Positions 22,612-32,990 of a stretch of DNA of 64,000 bases are shown here, in pieces; the first letter of the stretch is position 1, and each line of letters opens with the position of its first letter. Location of the stretch: NCBI GenBank assembly GCA_963829875.1, contig CAWHKR010000017.1:6057-70056 (forward strand), read 5' to 3'. The notes under the pieces are model-generated. The model saw nothing but the letters and a program-made list of their open reading frames with translations. It searched no databases and was not told the origin of the DNA. Position numbers and translations under genes: made by a program. This stretch comes from an uncultured Pseudomonadota bacterium (GTDB lineage: Bacteria; Pseudomonadota; Alphaproteobacteria; Acetobacterales; Acetobacteraceae).

Positions 22612-25600
22612 TCACCTCGGCCGGTTCAGGCGCCAGATCGCAAACGGCCGCGCCGCCGGATCGAGACGCAGATGTTGTTGCTTTCCGTGCCGCAGGAGGT
22701 CGCTCCCCTCCATCAGGTCCTCGGCCCGCAGGGTGCCGCTGTCCGGCAGTCCCCACTCCCACAGCGGCAGTTCGAAATCGGTTTCCTGCACATTGTACGG
22801 ATCGAGGCTGACCGCGATCAGCAACGCGTTGCTGCGATCCTCGGTGGCCTTGCCGTACAGCAGGATGGTGTCGTTGGCGGTATGGTAGAAACGCAGGCCC
22901 AGATGCGACCACAGCGCCGGATTGTCGCGGCGGATCCGGTTGAGGCGGGTGATCTCCGCCGTGATGTGGCCGGGCTGGGTCCAGTCCCGGACCCGCATTT
23001 CGTATTTCTCGGAATCGAGATATTCTTCCCGCCCCGGCAGCGGGGCCGCCTCGCACAACTCGAAGCCGGAATACACGCCCCACAGGCTCGACAGGGTGGC
23101 CGCCAGCGCGGCGCGGATCAGGAAGCCGGCGCGCCCGGAGTCCTGGAGGAACCGCGGGTTGATGTCGGGGGTGTTGACGAACAGGTGCGGCCGGAAGAAC
23201 TCGCGCGCCGGCCCGGTGGTCAGCTCGGTGAAATACGCCTCCAGTTCCGCCTTGGTGTTGCGCCAGGTGAAATAGGTATAGGACTGGGAGAAACCGATCT
23301 TGGCCAGCCGGTACATCATCTTCGGCCGGGTGAACGCCTCGGACAGGAAAATCGCGCCCGGGTCACGGCCCCGCACGTCGGCGATCAGCCATTGCCAGAA
23401 GGGCAGGGGCTTGGTGTGGGGATTGTCCACACGGAAGATGCGCACGCCTTCGCCCAGCCAGAACAGAACCACGTCGCGCAGCGCCATCCACAGCCCGGGC
23501 ACCGCGCCGGACCGGTAGAAGTCGACATTGACGATGTCTTCGTATTTCTTGGGCGGGTTCTCGGCATAGCGCAGCGAGCCGTCGGGCCGCCAGTCGAACC
23601 AGTCGGGATGCGCGCGCAGCCACGGATGATCGGGGGAGCACTGGATGGCGAAGTCGAGTGCCAGTTCCAGCCCGTGCGCCAGCGCGGCCTCGCGCAGACG
23701 GCGGAAGTCTTCCAGGGTGCCGAGCTCGGGGTGGATGCTGTCGTGCCCGCCTTCCTCGGCGCCGATCGCGTACGGGCTGCCCGGATCTTCGGGCGTCGCG
23801 CTGGGGGCGTTGTTGCGGCCTTTGCGGTTGGTGCGGCCGATCGGATGGATCGGCGGAAAATAGAGAACGTCGAAGCCCATGTCGCGGATGCGCGGCAGGT
23901 GGCGGATCACGTCGGCGAACGTGCCGTGACGGGTGGGATCGTCGCTCATCGAGCGCGGGAACAGCTCGTACCAGCTTGCGAACCCGGCCGCGGCGCGTTC
24001 GGCGTCGACAACGAGCGCCTGCTCGGTCCTGGAGCGGAACGGACGGTCGTCCGCGGCGCGCATCATCTCGGCTGTCGTGTCGGCCATCAGCGCAACCCGC
24101 CGGGCCGCACCGTCGCCCTGCTCCAGGCTGTCGGCCAGGGTCGCGAGCGCGCCACGCAACGGCTCGGCGCTGCGTCGGACCGCATGCAGAACCAGTTGGC
24201 GCCCTTCCTCGATCTCGACCGCAAGCGGCAGGCCGGCCGCGTGCTTCTTGGCAAGCTCGTCGCGGAACGTCGCGAACACGTCGCGCCACGCCTCGATGGC
24301 GAACTGGTGCCGGCCCGGCCGGCCGAGCGGAAAGCGTGCCTGCCAGCGGTCGTTGCCGAGCGGGCGCATCGGCGCTTCGTTCCAGGTGCCCTCGTCTTCC
24401 GCGCGCCAGAGCAGCATCGCCGCAAGCATGTCGTGTCCGTCGCAGATCAGGTCCGCCTCGACGGTCACGCTCTCTCCCATCACGCGACGGACCGGAAATG
24501 AACCGCCGGTCACGCAGGGACTGACGTCCTCGATGGCGATCCGCGGCGCCTTGGCGGCAGCGCGGACGGCGGGCCCTGCCGGCGGCGGGCGGCGCTGCAC
24601 CGGCGTGGCGGGAACCGCCTGCATCACGCGCACCTCCCCGGGGTCGACGCGCAGGGCCTCCCCCGGCCGCAGTCGTTCCGTCGCGTCCTCGAAATGTCCG
24701 AACGGGCCCGCCGCGCCCGGCAGCAGGGCCGAGGCGGAGATCTCGTGCGGCGCGGCGAGGTCGACGTTGGCGAGCACCAGCGCGGCCTGGCTGGCGCCGC
24801 GGAGATCCGGCGCCGCCGCCCGCAGCAGGGCGATCACGTCTGCGCCAGGACCGCTCAGCAGGCGCACCGCGCCGCCGCCGCAGTCAGCGGCTTGCGTGCG
24901 TCGTGCGTTGGCGGCGACGATGGCTTCGCTCAGATCGAACGGGGCGGCCTCGCGCGCAGCGATGAAATCCTCGGCCCGCCCGTGCCCGGCCCGCAGCGGA
25001 CCCCGGGCCGCGTATTCGAAACCCATCGGCATCAGCCAGCCGGATTCCAGCGCCGCCGCGCAGCCGATGGCGCGCCGGCAGGCCGCTTCCAAAGTCGCCG
25101 GATCGCGCCACGCGGCGGCCAACCGGGGACCGAACGGCGCCTCCGGCGCCGCGACAATCGGCGCCACAGGGCGCAGCGCGGCGGCTTCGTCCCACAGCCA
25201 GCCGGCACGGAAATCCCACCACGGCAGGGAGGAGAACACGCCGTCCAGCCCCGCGCCGCGCAACCCGGCCAACGCCGGCCGTGGCAGGCCGGGCGTCCAG
25301 CCGAGAAACAGGACCTCCGGCGCCTGCCGGTGCACCGCCTCGATCAGGGCCCGCAGGCCGGCCGGCGGCACGCCGTGCAGGGAGTCGATCCGCACCCCCG
25401 CCACCCCCGCCGCGGCCCAGCCGAGCACCCGCTCTGCCCACAAATCCACGAGACCGGCCGCCGCTTCCGGCTGGTCCCAGCGGGCCCGCACGGCGCCGAA
25501 CGCTCCGGCCGGCGCACGCGGGTCGAGCGCGGCGAGGCGATCCGCCGGCTCGAACAACTGCGGGTGCGCCGCCAAGGTGGTTGAATCCGCCGCAACGCGG

Positions 25601-25902
25601 TTGATCACGAGATCCATCAACATCCGCAACCCGCGTGCGCGGCATTGCTCCGTCGCGTAGCCGATCGCCGCGTGCGCATCCCCTTGCCAGCCGAGCGCGG
25701 GATGGGGACTTGTGTCGTCGGCGGTCAGGAAGATGTCGGCGACATGTCCGGGCGCAAACAACGGCGCGACCAGAACATGGTCGAACCCGAGTTCGGCACA
25801 CCGGTCGAGATGCGCATCCCACTCCCGCAACACTCCGGCAAGGAGAGGATGAAGATAATAGATCCCTGGAGAGAATGACGAAGATTTCTCGATGACCATC
25901 AC
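22612..25902 (-). CDS. glgE: Alpha-1,4-glucan:maltose-1-phosphate maltosyltransferase GlgE, long form with an extra N-terminal ~450 aa
   Basis: The C-terminal ~645 aa are canonical GlgE ([55 protein letters not shown]). The N-terminal ~450 aa look like a second, degenerate amylase-type unit. Start is GTG 25902 or ATG 25899. Confidence 0.85.
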   Translation of the reverse strand: MMVIEKSSSFSPGIYYLHPLLAGVLREWDAHLDRCAELGFDHVLVAPLFAPGHVADIFLTADDTSPHPALGWQGDAHAAIGYATEQCRARGLRMLMDLVINRVAADSTTLAAHPQLFEPADRLAALDPRAPAGAFGAVRARWDQPEAAAGLVDLWAERVLGWAAAGVAGVRIDSLHGVPPAGLRALIEAVHRQAPEVLFLGWTPGLPRPALAGLRGAGLDGVFSSLPWWDFRAGWLWDEAAALRPVAPIVAAPEAPFGPRLAAAWRDPATLEAACRRAIGCAAALESGWLMPMGFEYAARGPLRAGHGRAEDFIAAREAAPFDLSEAIVAANARRTQAADCGGGAVRLLSGPGADVIALLRAAAPDLRGASQAALVLANVDLAAPHEISASALLPGAAGPFGHFEDATERLRPGEALRVDPGEVRVMQAVPATPVQRRPPPAGPAVRAAAKAPRIAIEDVSPCVTGGSFPVRRVMGESVTVEADLICDGHDMLAAMLLWRAEDEGTWNEAPMRPLGNDRWQARFPLGRPGRHQFAIEAWRDVFATFRDELAKKHAAGLPLAVEIEEGRQLVLHAVRRSAEPLRGALATLADSLEQGDGAARRVALMADTTAEMMRAADDRPFRSRTEQALVVDAERAAAGFASWYELFPRSMSDDPTRHGTFADVIRHLPRIRDMGFDVLYFPPIHPIGRTNRKGRNNAPSATPEDPGSPYAIGAEEGGHDSIHPELGTLEDFRRLREAALAHGLELALDFAIQCSPDHPWLRAHPDWFDWRPDGSLRYAENPPKKYEDIVNVDFYRSGAVPGLWMALRDVVLFWLGEGVRIFRVDNPHTKPLPFWQWLIADVRGRDPGAIFLSEAFTRPKMMYRLAKIGFSQSYTYFTWRNTKAELEAYFTELTTGPAREFFRPHLFVNTPDINPRFLQDSGRAGFLIRAALAATLSSLWGVYSGFELCEAAPLPGREEYLDSEKYEMRVRDWTQPGHITAEITRLNRIRRDNPALWSHLGLRFYHTANDTILLYGKATEDRSNALLIAVSLDPYNVQETDFELPLWEWGLPDSGTLRAEDLMEGSDLLRHGKQQHLRLDPAARPFAIWRLNRPR

Positions 25903-27186
25903 TTTCGAAAGATAGCGGTCGCCCTCCGCAAGTCAAGTCTTTCTGCCGGCGACGCCGCGCTGGCGCAGCGTCTTGCCAGTCCTCTGTCGGGCATGACGTA
26001 CGACCATTGTTCGCTGTCTGTTCGAGGTGCCCGGCGCGGCCTGAATGTTGCGACCGTGCCGGGTGCATCCCTCGCACCGCCGGACCGCCGGATCCGATCC
26101 CGCGACAGCGGGCGGGGGGACGTCCGGGTCGGATTGCCGTTGCATCCTTGTCCGAAGGGTTGCGGATGAAGGCGCGCTGCCAGGCGCCTATCCGGTCGAC
26201 GTGTTGCACTCCGGGACTGCTGCTTTTCAGCCAGGTGACAGCCGGGGATTGCGACAGGCGGCTGCGAATGATCCCGAAGGATGAACATCGGCATGATACC
26301 GGGCCATCCGGGGTCGGGCGGTCAACAGGCATATCTCCTGCTGCCCATCGCCGACGAAGCGGCGGCAATACAAGAGACGAAAAGATAACGAAACCACAAG
26401 GGAAATTTCACTGTACCGCAGAGCTCGTGCAAGCTTGCTCCCGCAAGCCCAGGCTCGCCGCGATCAAGGCACGACAGGGTTCGCAGCCAAACACTGCGCA
26501 AAAGTAACGGACCTGAACCATAACAAGACTGCGGACTGGTCTGCCATGGGTGACCATGCGGCATCCGGGCGTGCCGGTCCGGGAAACCGCCGCGTGATCT
26601 CGGAGGCGCGTTCGCAGCGGCTTCCGTCCGTAGCCGGGGAGCGGGTGGCGACGTGGCGTCGTGATGCCCGTGGCGGGCGCGCGCGAAGCGACGACCCGGC
26701 TGCGTCCCTCCGGTGCGGCCGGCGTCCCGATCGGGCCGCGCTACCAGCCGCGCCGCGCAGGGAGGTCCGAGCGGAACCGCTCCCGACGTCTGTAACTTCT
26801 ACGTAACCGTCCGGGGGCTATCCGCAGGCAGAGCCTGGGGTGATTTCAGGTTCCGGAGATTTCGGCGCCCCCGGTTCGGCGTCCCTCGGCCGGACCTGCT
26901 GGCCTGGGGCCGTCACTTGGCGTGTGGCGGGCGCCGTGATCGGCTATGTCATGGTCTTGCCGTGCCGACCCGCTTTTCCGGCCAGGGGGGCATCCCATCG
27001 TCCGCCCGCATTGACCACGCCGGGTCATCGGATCGTCCGGCCGGCGGAAGGGGAGTTGCACCGATCACACACCCGACGTCGCGCGAACATCACGCGGACC
27101 GGTTCAACGAGCCGTCGGCCGGCGCCGCCCGCCCGGGCCGGATCCTGACCGGGTTGTTGCGGATCCAGACCTGGATCCTGCGCGAG

Positions 27187-30100
27187 ATGGCCGCCGGACG
27201 ACCGGCGCAGGCCCTGGCCGAGGAACTGTGCCGCCGCGTCCGCCACTACGCCCCGAACCATATCGTGACCTTGATGCAGGTCGGGCGGGACGGGCTTCTG
27301 CATCCGGTCGCCGCGGCCGGCGCCTCGCCGGCGGTGTTGGCGGCGATCGACGGGCTCGCGCCGGGGCTGAGCAACGGGTCCTGTGCCGCGGCGGTCTACC
27401 ACGGCGTGCCGGTCCTGGTGGAGGACGCCAGCCGCGATCCGCGCTGGGCGGAGCGCCGCGACCTGGCCGCGACGCATGGCATCCACGCCTGCTGGTCGCA
27501 TCCGGTCTCGCAGGGGGGGCGGCTGATCGGCAGCTTCGCCCTCACGGGCCCCGAGCCCGGCGCGCCGGTTCCCGCACTGCGCGGGCTGCTGGAACACGCC
27601 GCGGCGATCGCCGGCAGCGTCCTGCAACTGCTCGAGCTGCAGGACGCGCAGCGGCGCCAGGCGGAGCGGGTGCGGCGGCTGGCCGGGTTCAACGCCATGC
27701 TGGCGCAGGTGAACCAGCTTGCCGCCAGCCGACCCGATACGGCGAGCCTGTATGCGGGCATCTGCCGCATCGCGGTGGCGCAGGCCGGCCTTCGCCTCGT
27801 CTGGATCGGCGCGCCGGACGGCGCCGGCGTGGTCCGCCCGATTGCTGCGGCCGGAGTCACCGGTTTCCTCGATGAGGTGGTCGTCAGCGCCGATCCCGCC
27901 CTGCCCGAAGGCCGCGGCCTGTCCGGCACGGCCTGGCGGGAGGCACGCACCGTGGTGTGCCAGCGCTTCGCGCCCGACACGATGATGGCCCCGTGGTTCG
28001 AGTCCGCCCGCCGCGTCGGCCTCGGCGCCGGCGCCGCCTTGCCGCTGATGCTGCGGGGCGTTCCGCAGGCGGTGCTGCATGTCTTCGCCGCCGAGGAAGG
28101 CGTTCTGGATGCCGAGCTGGTCGGCCTCGTCGAGGAGCTGGCCGTCGACATCGGCCGCGCGTTGGAGGCACTCGACCAGCAGCGTCACCTCGATCGTCTG
28201 CAGGCGCTGCACACGGCGCTGCTGACCGAGGGCGAGATCCTGCTGCAGGCACGCAGCGAGGCCGAGATGCTGCAGAAGACCTCCGCCCAGCTCGGCACCA
28301 GCAGCCTGTTCCATGTCACCTGGATCGCGCGGCCGGATGCCGAGGGGGTGATGCGGCCGCTGGCCGGCGCGGGGCCGGGGATGGCGTTGCTGGCGCAGCA
28401 GCGCCTGGCGCTTGATGACGAGCCGCCGGCGTTCATCGTGCGGACCTGGCGCGCCGGACGGCCGCTGGTGCACAACGACCTGCTCGGCGACCCCGATCTC
28501 ACGCGCTACGGCGAGATGTTCGTGCGGGATGGATGGCGATCGGCTGCGGCGGTCCCGGTGCTGCGCGGCGGCGCCCAGTTCGCGGTGATGCTGCTGGGGT
28601 CCCAGCACCCGGCGCTGTTCACCCCCGACGTGCTCGCCCTGTGCGAGCGGATCGCCGGCCTGCTGGGCCGCGGCCTCGACGAGCTCGACCTCAAGGAGAC
28701 CCTGGAACAGGAGCGCAGCCGGCAGTTCCACCTTGCCCGGCACGATCCGCTGACCGGCCTGCCCAACCGGTTGTTGTTCGAGGAGCATCTCGGACACGCG
28801 CTGGCGCGCGCCGAACGGCGGGGCACCCCGCTGGCGGTGTGCCTCGTGGATATCGATGATTTCAAGCCGGTCAACGATCGCTGGGGCCACCACGCGGGTG
28901 ACGCGATGCTGCGCGAGGTCGCAACCCGGCTGCACGATGTGGTGCGCCGGTCGGACCTCGTCGCGCGCCTGGGCGGCGACGAGTTCGTGCTGGCGATCGA
29001 GGATCTCGGCACCCTGCGGGCGCTGCCGGGGCTGCTCGAGCGGCTGTCGGCCGCGATCGAGACGCCGATCGACCTCGGTCCGGGGGGCACGCCGATTGGT
29101 CTCAGCGTCGGCGTCGCGGTGTTCCCCGAGGATGGCGAGGACGCGGACATCCTGCTGCGCCGCGCCGACGCAGCGCTTTATGTCGCCAAGGCGCGCAAGG
29201 CGGTGCGGAACCAGGATTGGCAGCGTTGGAACGCCGACCTGGCACCGGATCCGGTCGCCGCTCCGGGACTGGACGACCCCTATGGGACGGAGGCGCAGCG
29301 GCTGCTGCGGGCCACGGCCACCGTCTGGCCCGACCTCGCGGCCGGGTTCCTGGACGATTTCTACCGCGACCTCGCCCGCCATCCGCTCGCGGCGCCGCTC
29401 CTGGCCGCCCTGGCGCCGGAGGAGCTGGCGCGGCTCAAGACCCGGCAGCAGGCGCATCTGCGCCTGCTGATGGACCCCGCCACCGACCGCAGGGCGCTGC
29501 GCCGCCGGGCCCGGGCGATCGGCCGGGTCCATGCCCTGGCCGGCGTCGATGGCGCGCTGCTGATGCAGGCGATTGGCATCTACCAGGCGCGTCTGACCGG
29601 GCAGCTCGCGGCGCAGCCGCTGCGTCCGGCCGACCGGCAGAACCTGCTGACCCTGGCGACCGCCCGGCTGCAGGAAGACGGCACCGCGCAGATGGAGGTC
29701 AGGACCGACATCATCGCCGCTTACTTCACCGCCTTGCTGCGCCGCCCGCCGCACCCCGATACCCCCTGGGTCGATGCCGTCCAGGCGCAGCTGGATGTGA
29801 CGGCGGGGTTGCCGGGGATCATGGCCGTCTGCCTGCAACATCCGGACACGGACGGGCGGTTCCAGGTTCTGGCGAGCAGCAGCGCCGTCGGCGTGTCCTT
29901 CCCCGACATCCGGGCCACGAGCGGGGCGGCGCCTGTGGTCGACCCGGCGCGGCCCGAAGGCCGCGGCCTGATGGCGGAAGTCTGGCGTACCGGCGAGATC
30001 GTGGTCTCGACCAATTTCCAGACCGACCCGCGCACCGTCCCCTGGCATGCCGCGGCGCGGCGGCTCGGCGTGCGCAGCGCCGCGGTGCTGCCGCTGCGTG

Positions 30101-31315
30101 ACGACGACGACCGGCCGATCGCGGCGCTGCTCCTGATGGGCGCCTATCCCGGACAGTTCAACACGATGTGGATGCGCCATTTCTGCGTTGGCATGGCGCT
30201 GACGTTCAAGCTGCTCTGGCGCCGGCGCCGGCGCCGCGGGGCGGACCCGGTGGCGGTGGTGCCGGAGACAACCGCCGTGGCCTGGCGGCGTCGCCTGTTC
30301 ACCGGCGGGTTCCGGTTCGATTACCAGCCGTTGGTCAGCCTGCGCGACGGCCGCGCGGCCAAGGTCGAGGCGCTGGCCCGGCTGGTCCAGGACGACGGCG
30401 CGGTCGTCATGCCCGCGCAGTTCCTGCCGGTGCTGGGCGCGCGCGATCTTGATGAGCTGTTCCGGCTCGGCGTTGACCGAGGCGCTGCGCCAGGTGAGCG
30501 GTTGGGAGGCAGACGGCCTGTCCCTGGGGGTGACCGTCAACCTCGCCCCCGCCACCCTGGCGCGGCCCGATTGCGTGCGGTGGGTGCGCGACGCGCTGCG
30601 CGCGACCGGCGTCGCCCCCGGGCGGTTGTGCCTCGAGATCACCGAGGATCAGGCCCTGAGCGAAACCGACGAAACCTCCGCCGCAACCTTGGTCGCCCTG
30701 GCGCAGCTCGGGGTGAGTCTGGCGATGGACGATCTCGGCTCCGGCTACAGCAGCCTGCGCCGGCTGCGCGCCTTGCCGTTCCGCGTCGTGAAGCTCGACC
30801 AGGGGTTGGTCCACGGCGTGCTGCGTTCGCCGGTGCGCACCGTCAGCTTCATCGGCGCCCTGGTCCAACTGGGTCGGGACCTCGAGATCGAGGTGGTGGT
30901 GGAAGGGCTGGAAAGCCCGGACATGGTGGAGGCCGCGGCGCTGCTCGGGGCCGACGTGGGCCAGGGTTTTTCGCTCGGCCGGCCGATGCCGGCGGAGGCG
31001 CTCGCGGCCTGGGCGCGCGACTTCACCTGGACGGTCGATCGCCATCTGCCGCGCACGCCGCTCGGCGCCCTGGCGATGATGTGGCGTGGCAGCCATGTCG
31101 GCGCCGCCGGTCCGGCGCCGCCGGAGGCCTGCTCGGTGTCGCGCTTCCTGGCCGCGCAGGGGTTGGGCGGGAGCAGGCTGGACCGGGCGCACCAGGCTCT
31201 GCATGCGCTCGCGGCCAGCGACGGCCGCCGCAGCCCGCGCTACCGGGCGGCCTACGGGCGGTTCCAGCAGGCGCTGGCGCGGATGATGACGGAGCCGGCC
31301 GGCGGACCGGCCTGA
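27187..31315 (+). pseudogene. Multidomain c-di-GMP enzyme GAF-GAF-GAF-GGDEF-sensor globin-GAF-EAL, with an apparent +1 frameshift inside the EAL domain as sequenced
   Basis: GGDEF (28972-28986) is preceded by the RRSD I-site. A globin-sensor-like segment is present (FYRDLARHP...LKTRQQAHLRLL...IGRVHALAGVD). EAL motifs are YQPLV, KVEALAR, then in the +1 frame LEITED, DDLGSGYSSL, VKLDQ, EGLE, GQGF. The frame junction is at about 30465-30475. Length is 4129 nt = 3n+1. The start is uncertain (ATG 27187, or TTG 27154/27157). Confidence 0.8.
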
Positions 31316-31402
31316 TCGCGGCGGGCGCGATGGCGGTGAACAGCTCCCCTGCGCGGGCGCGGGCTGGTGCGGCCTGGGGGAAGCGGCCACACTGACCGGG
31401 CG

Positions 31403-32923
31403 ATGTCCGGCACCGATCCGCATGTTCCCCACCGCGCCCTGATCACCGGCTGCGTCATGATGGCGACCCTGATGCAGGTGCTCAACTCGGCGATCGCCAA
31501 TGTCGCGCTGCCCTACATGCAGGGCAGCCTGTCGGCCACCCAGGACGAGATCACCTGGGTGCTCACCTCCTACGTGATCGCCGCGGCGATCATGACCGCG
31601 CCGGTCGGTTGGATGGCGGTGCGCTTCGGGCGCAAGCGGCTGTTCATCCTCTGCCTTGCCGGCTTCACCCTGTTCTCCATGCTCTGCGGCGCGGCCGAGA
31701 GCCTGACCGAGATCGTGTTGTTCCGCCTGGGTCAGGGCATGTGCGGGGCGGCGCTGGTGCCGCTGTCGCAGGCCACGATGCTGGACATCTACCCGTTCCA
31801 CCGGCGCGCCTATGCGATGGCGATCTTCAGCTCCGGCGTGATGCTGGGTCCGATCATGGGGCCGACCCTCGGCGGTTACCTTACCTACATGTACAATTGG
31901 CGGTACGTGTTCTATGTGAACCTGCCGTTCGGCATCCTGGCGATCGTCGGGCTCATGCTGTTCCTGCCGAACACCGACCCGAAGCGGGATCTGCGGTTCG
32001 ACTGGTGGGGCTTCTCGGTGCTGGCGATCGGCGTCGGCTGCCTGCAGATGATGCTCGACCGCGGCCAGCTGCTCGACTGGTTCTCCTCGCGCGAGGTCAT
32101 CCTGTACGCCACCCTTTCCGGGCTGGGGTTCTACCTGTTCGTCGTGCACATGCTGACCGCGCGCAAGCCGTTCATCGATCCGGCTCTGTTCCGTGATCGG
32201 AATTTCATCGCCTCGGTCACCATGGGCTTCTTCGTCTCCATGGTGATGCTGGCGACCTCGGCGCTGCTTGCCCCCTATCTCGAGGGGCTGGCGGGCTACC
32301 CGGTGTTCGATGCCGGCATCGCGCTGGCCCCGCGCGGCCTCGGCACCATGTCGGCGATGTTCTTCGCCTCCTGGCTCAGCGCGCGGGTGGACAGCCGCAA
32401 GATCATGGCCGCAGGGCTGATCGTGGTGGGGCTCGCGCTGCATGCCATCAGTCGCTGGACCCCCGATGTCACCGAAACGCAGACCATGCTGACCATGTTG
32501 GTCCAGGGGTTCGGCACCGGGCTCGTGTTCAACCCGATGACGGTGGTGGCTTTCCTTACGCTGCCGGCGCGACTGCGCGGGGATGCGACCGCCTTCCAGG
32601 CGCTGGGGCGCAACATGGGCCAGGCGATCGGCATTTCCGTCACCACCTTCATGCTGGCGCGCAGCGAGCAGGCGATGCACGCCGATCTCGCCGCGGGCAT
32701 CACCCCGTTCGACCGGGTGCTGCAGGGTGCGGGTGCGATCTCGCGCCTGTACGATCCGTTCACCGCGCACGGCGCCGCGCTGCTCAACGCCGTGATCGAC
32801 CGGCAGGCGCAGATCATCGCCTACAACAACGACTTCCACGCCATGGCCTTCGCCGTGGTGCCGCCGCTGCTGCTGCTGCTGTTGCTGCGCGGCCGGCGCA
32901 AGCCGGCGCCGGCGGCGGAGTAG
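31403..32923 (+). CDS. MFS transporter, DHA2 (EmrB/QacA-like) drug-efflux family
   Basis: A transporter of about 14 TM segments with the N-terminus ATLMQVLNSAIANVALPYMQGSLSAT and motif LFRLGQGMCGAALVPLSQA. The ATG at 31403 is preferred over the ORF-track start. Confidence 0.8.
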   Translation: MSGTDPHVPHRALITGCVMMATLMQVLNSAIANVALPYMQGSLSATQDEITWVLTSYVIAAAIMTAPVGWMAVRFGRKRLFILCLAGFTLFSMLCGAAESLTEIVLFRLGQGMCGAALVPLSQATMLDIYPFHRRAYAMAIFSSGVMLGPIMGPTLGGYLTYMYNWRYVFYVNLPFGILAIVGLMLFLPNTDPKRDLRFDWWGFSVLAIGVGCLQMMLDRGQLLDWFSSREVILYATLSGLGFYLFVVHMLTARKPFIDPALFRDRNFIASVTMGFFVSMVMLATSALLAPYLEGLAGYPVFDAGIALAPRGLGTMSAMFFASWLSARVDSRKIMAAGLIVVGLALHAISRWTPDVTETQTMLTMLVQGFGTGLVFNPMTVVAFLTLPARLRGDATAFQALGRNMGQAIGISVTTFMLARSEQAMHADLAAGITPFDRVLQGAGAISRLYDPFTAHGAALLNAVIDRQAQIIAYNNDFHAMAFAVVPPLLLLLLLRGRRKPAPAAE

Positions 32924-32927
32924 GGCA

Positions 32928-32947
32928 GGGGGCGGCGGCACGCCCCC
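32928..32947. terminator. Short GC hairpin between convergent gene ends
   Basis: GGGGGCG-GCGGCA-CGCCCCC lies directly after the MFS stop (32923) and before the convergent propeller-gene stop (32991). There is no T-tract. Confidence 0.4.
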
Positions 32948-32990
32948 CGTTCGGCCGCGCCCGGCTGCCGCTGATCCCGGCCATGCCGGA

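Noticed and set aside
25899-26564. Short ORFs inside the 1.28-kb gap (for example 25899-26294 minus, 26007-26507 plus, 26322-26564 minus) as possible small genes. I also considered a c-di-GMP (GEMM) riboswitch ahead of the GGDEF-EAL gene.
   Set aside because: The ORF translations are Arg/Cys/Pro-rich without recognisable motifs. By eye I could not find the conserved GEMM-I core. A covariance-model scan is still needed to exclude structured RNAs.
26713-27186. Upstream 158 codons of the 1,560-aa ORF as the N-terminus of the GGDEF-EAL protein.
   Set aside because: The sequence (RPASRSGRATSRAAQGG...FRFRRFRRPRFG...) has no domain character. The first GAF domain begins near LLRIQTWILREMAAGR, and there is no supporting start context at 26713.
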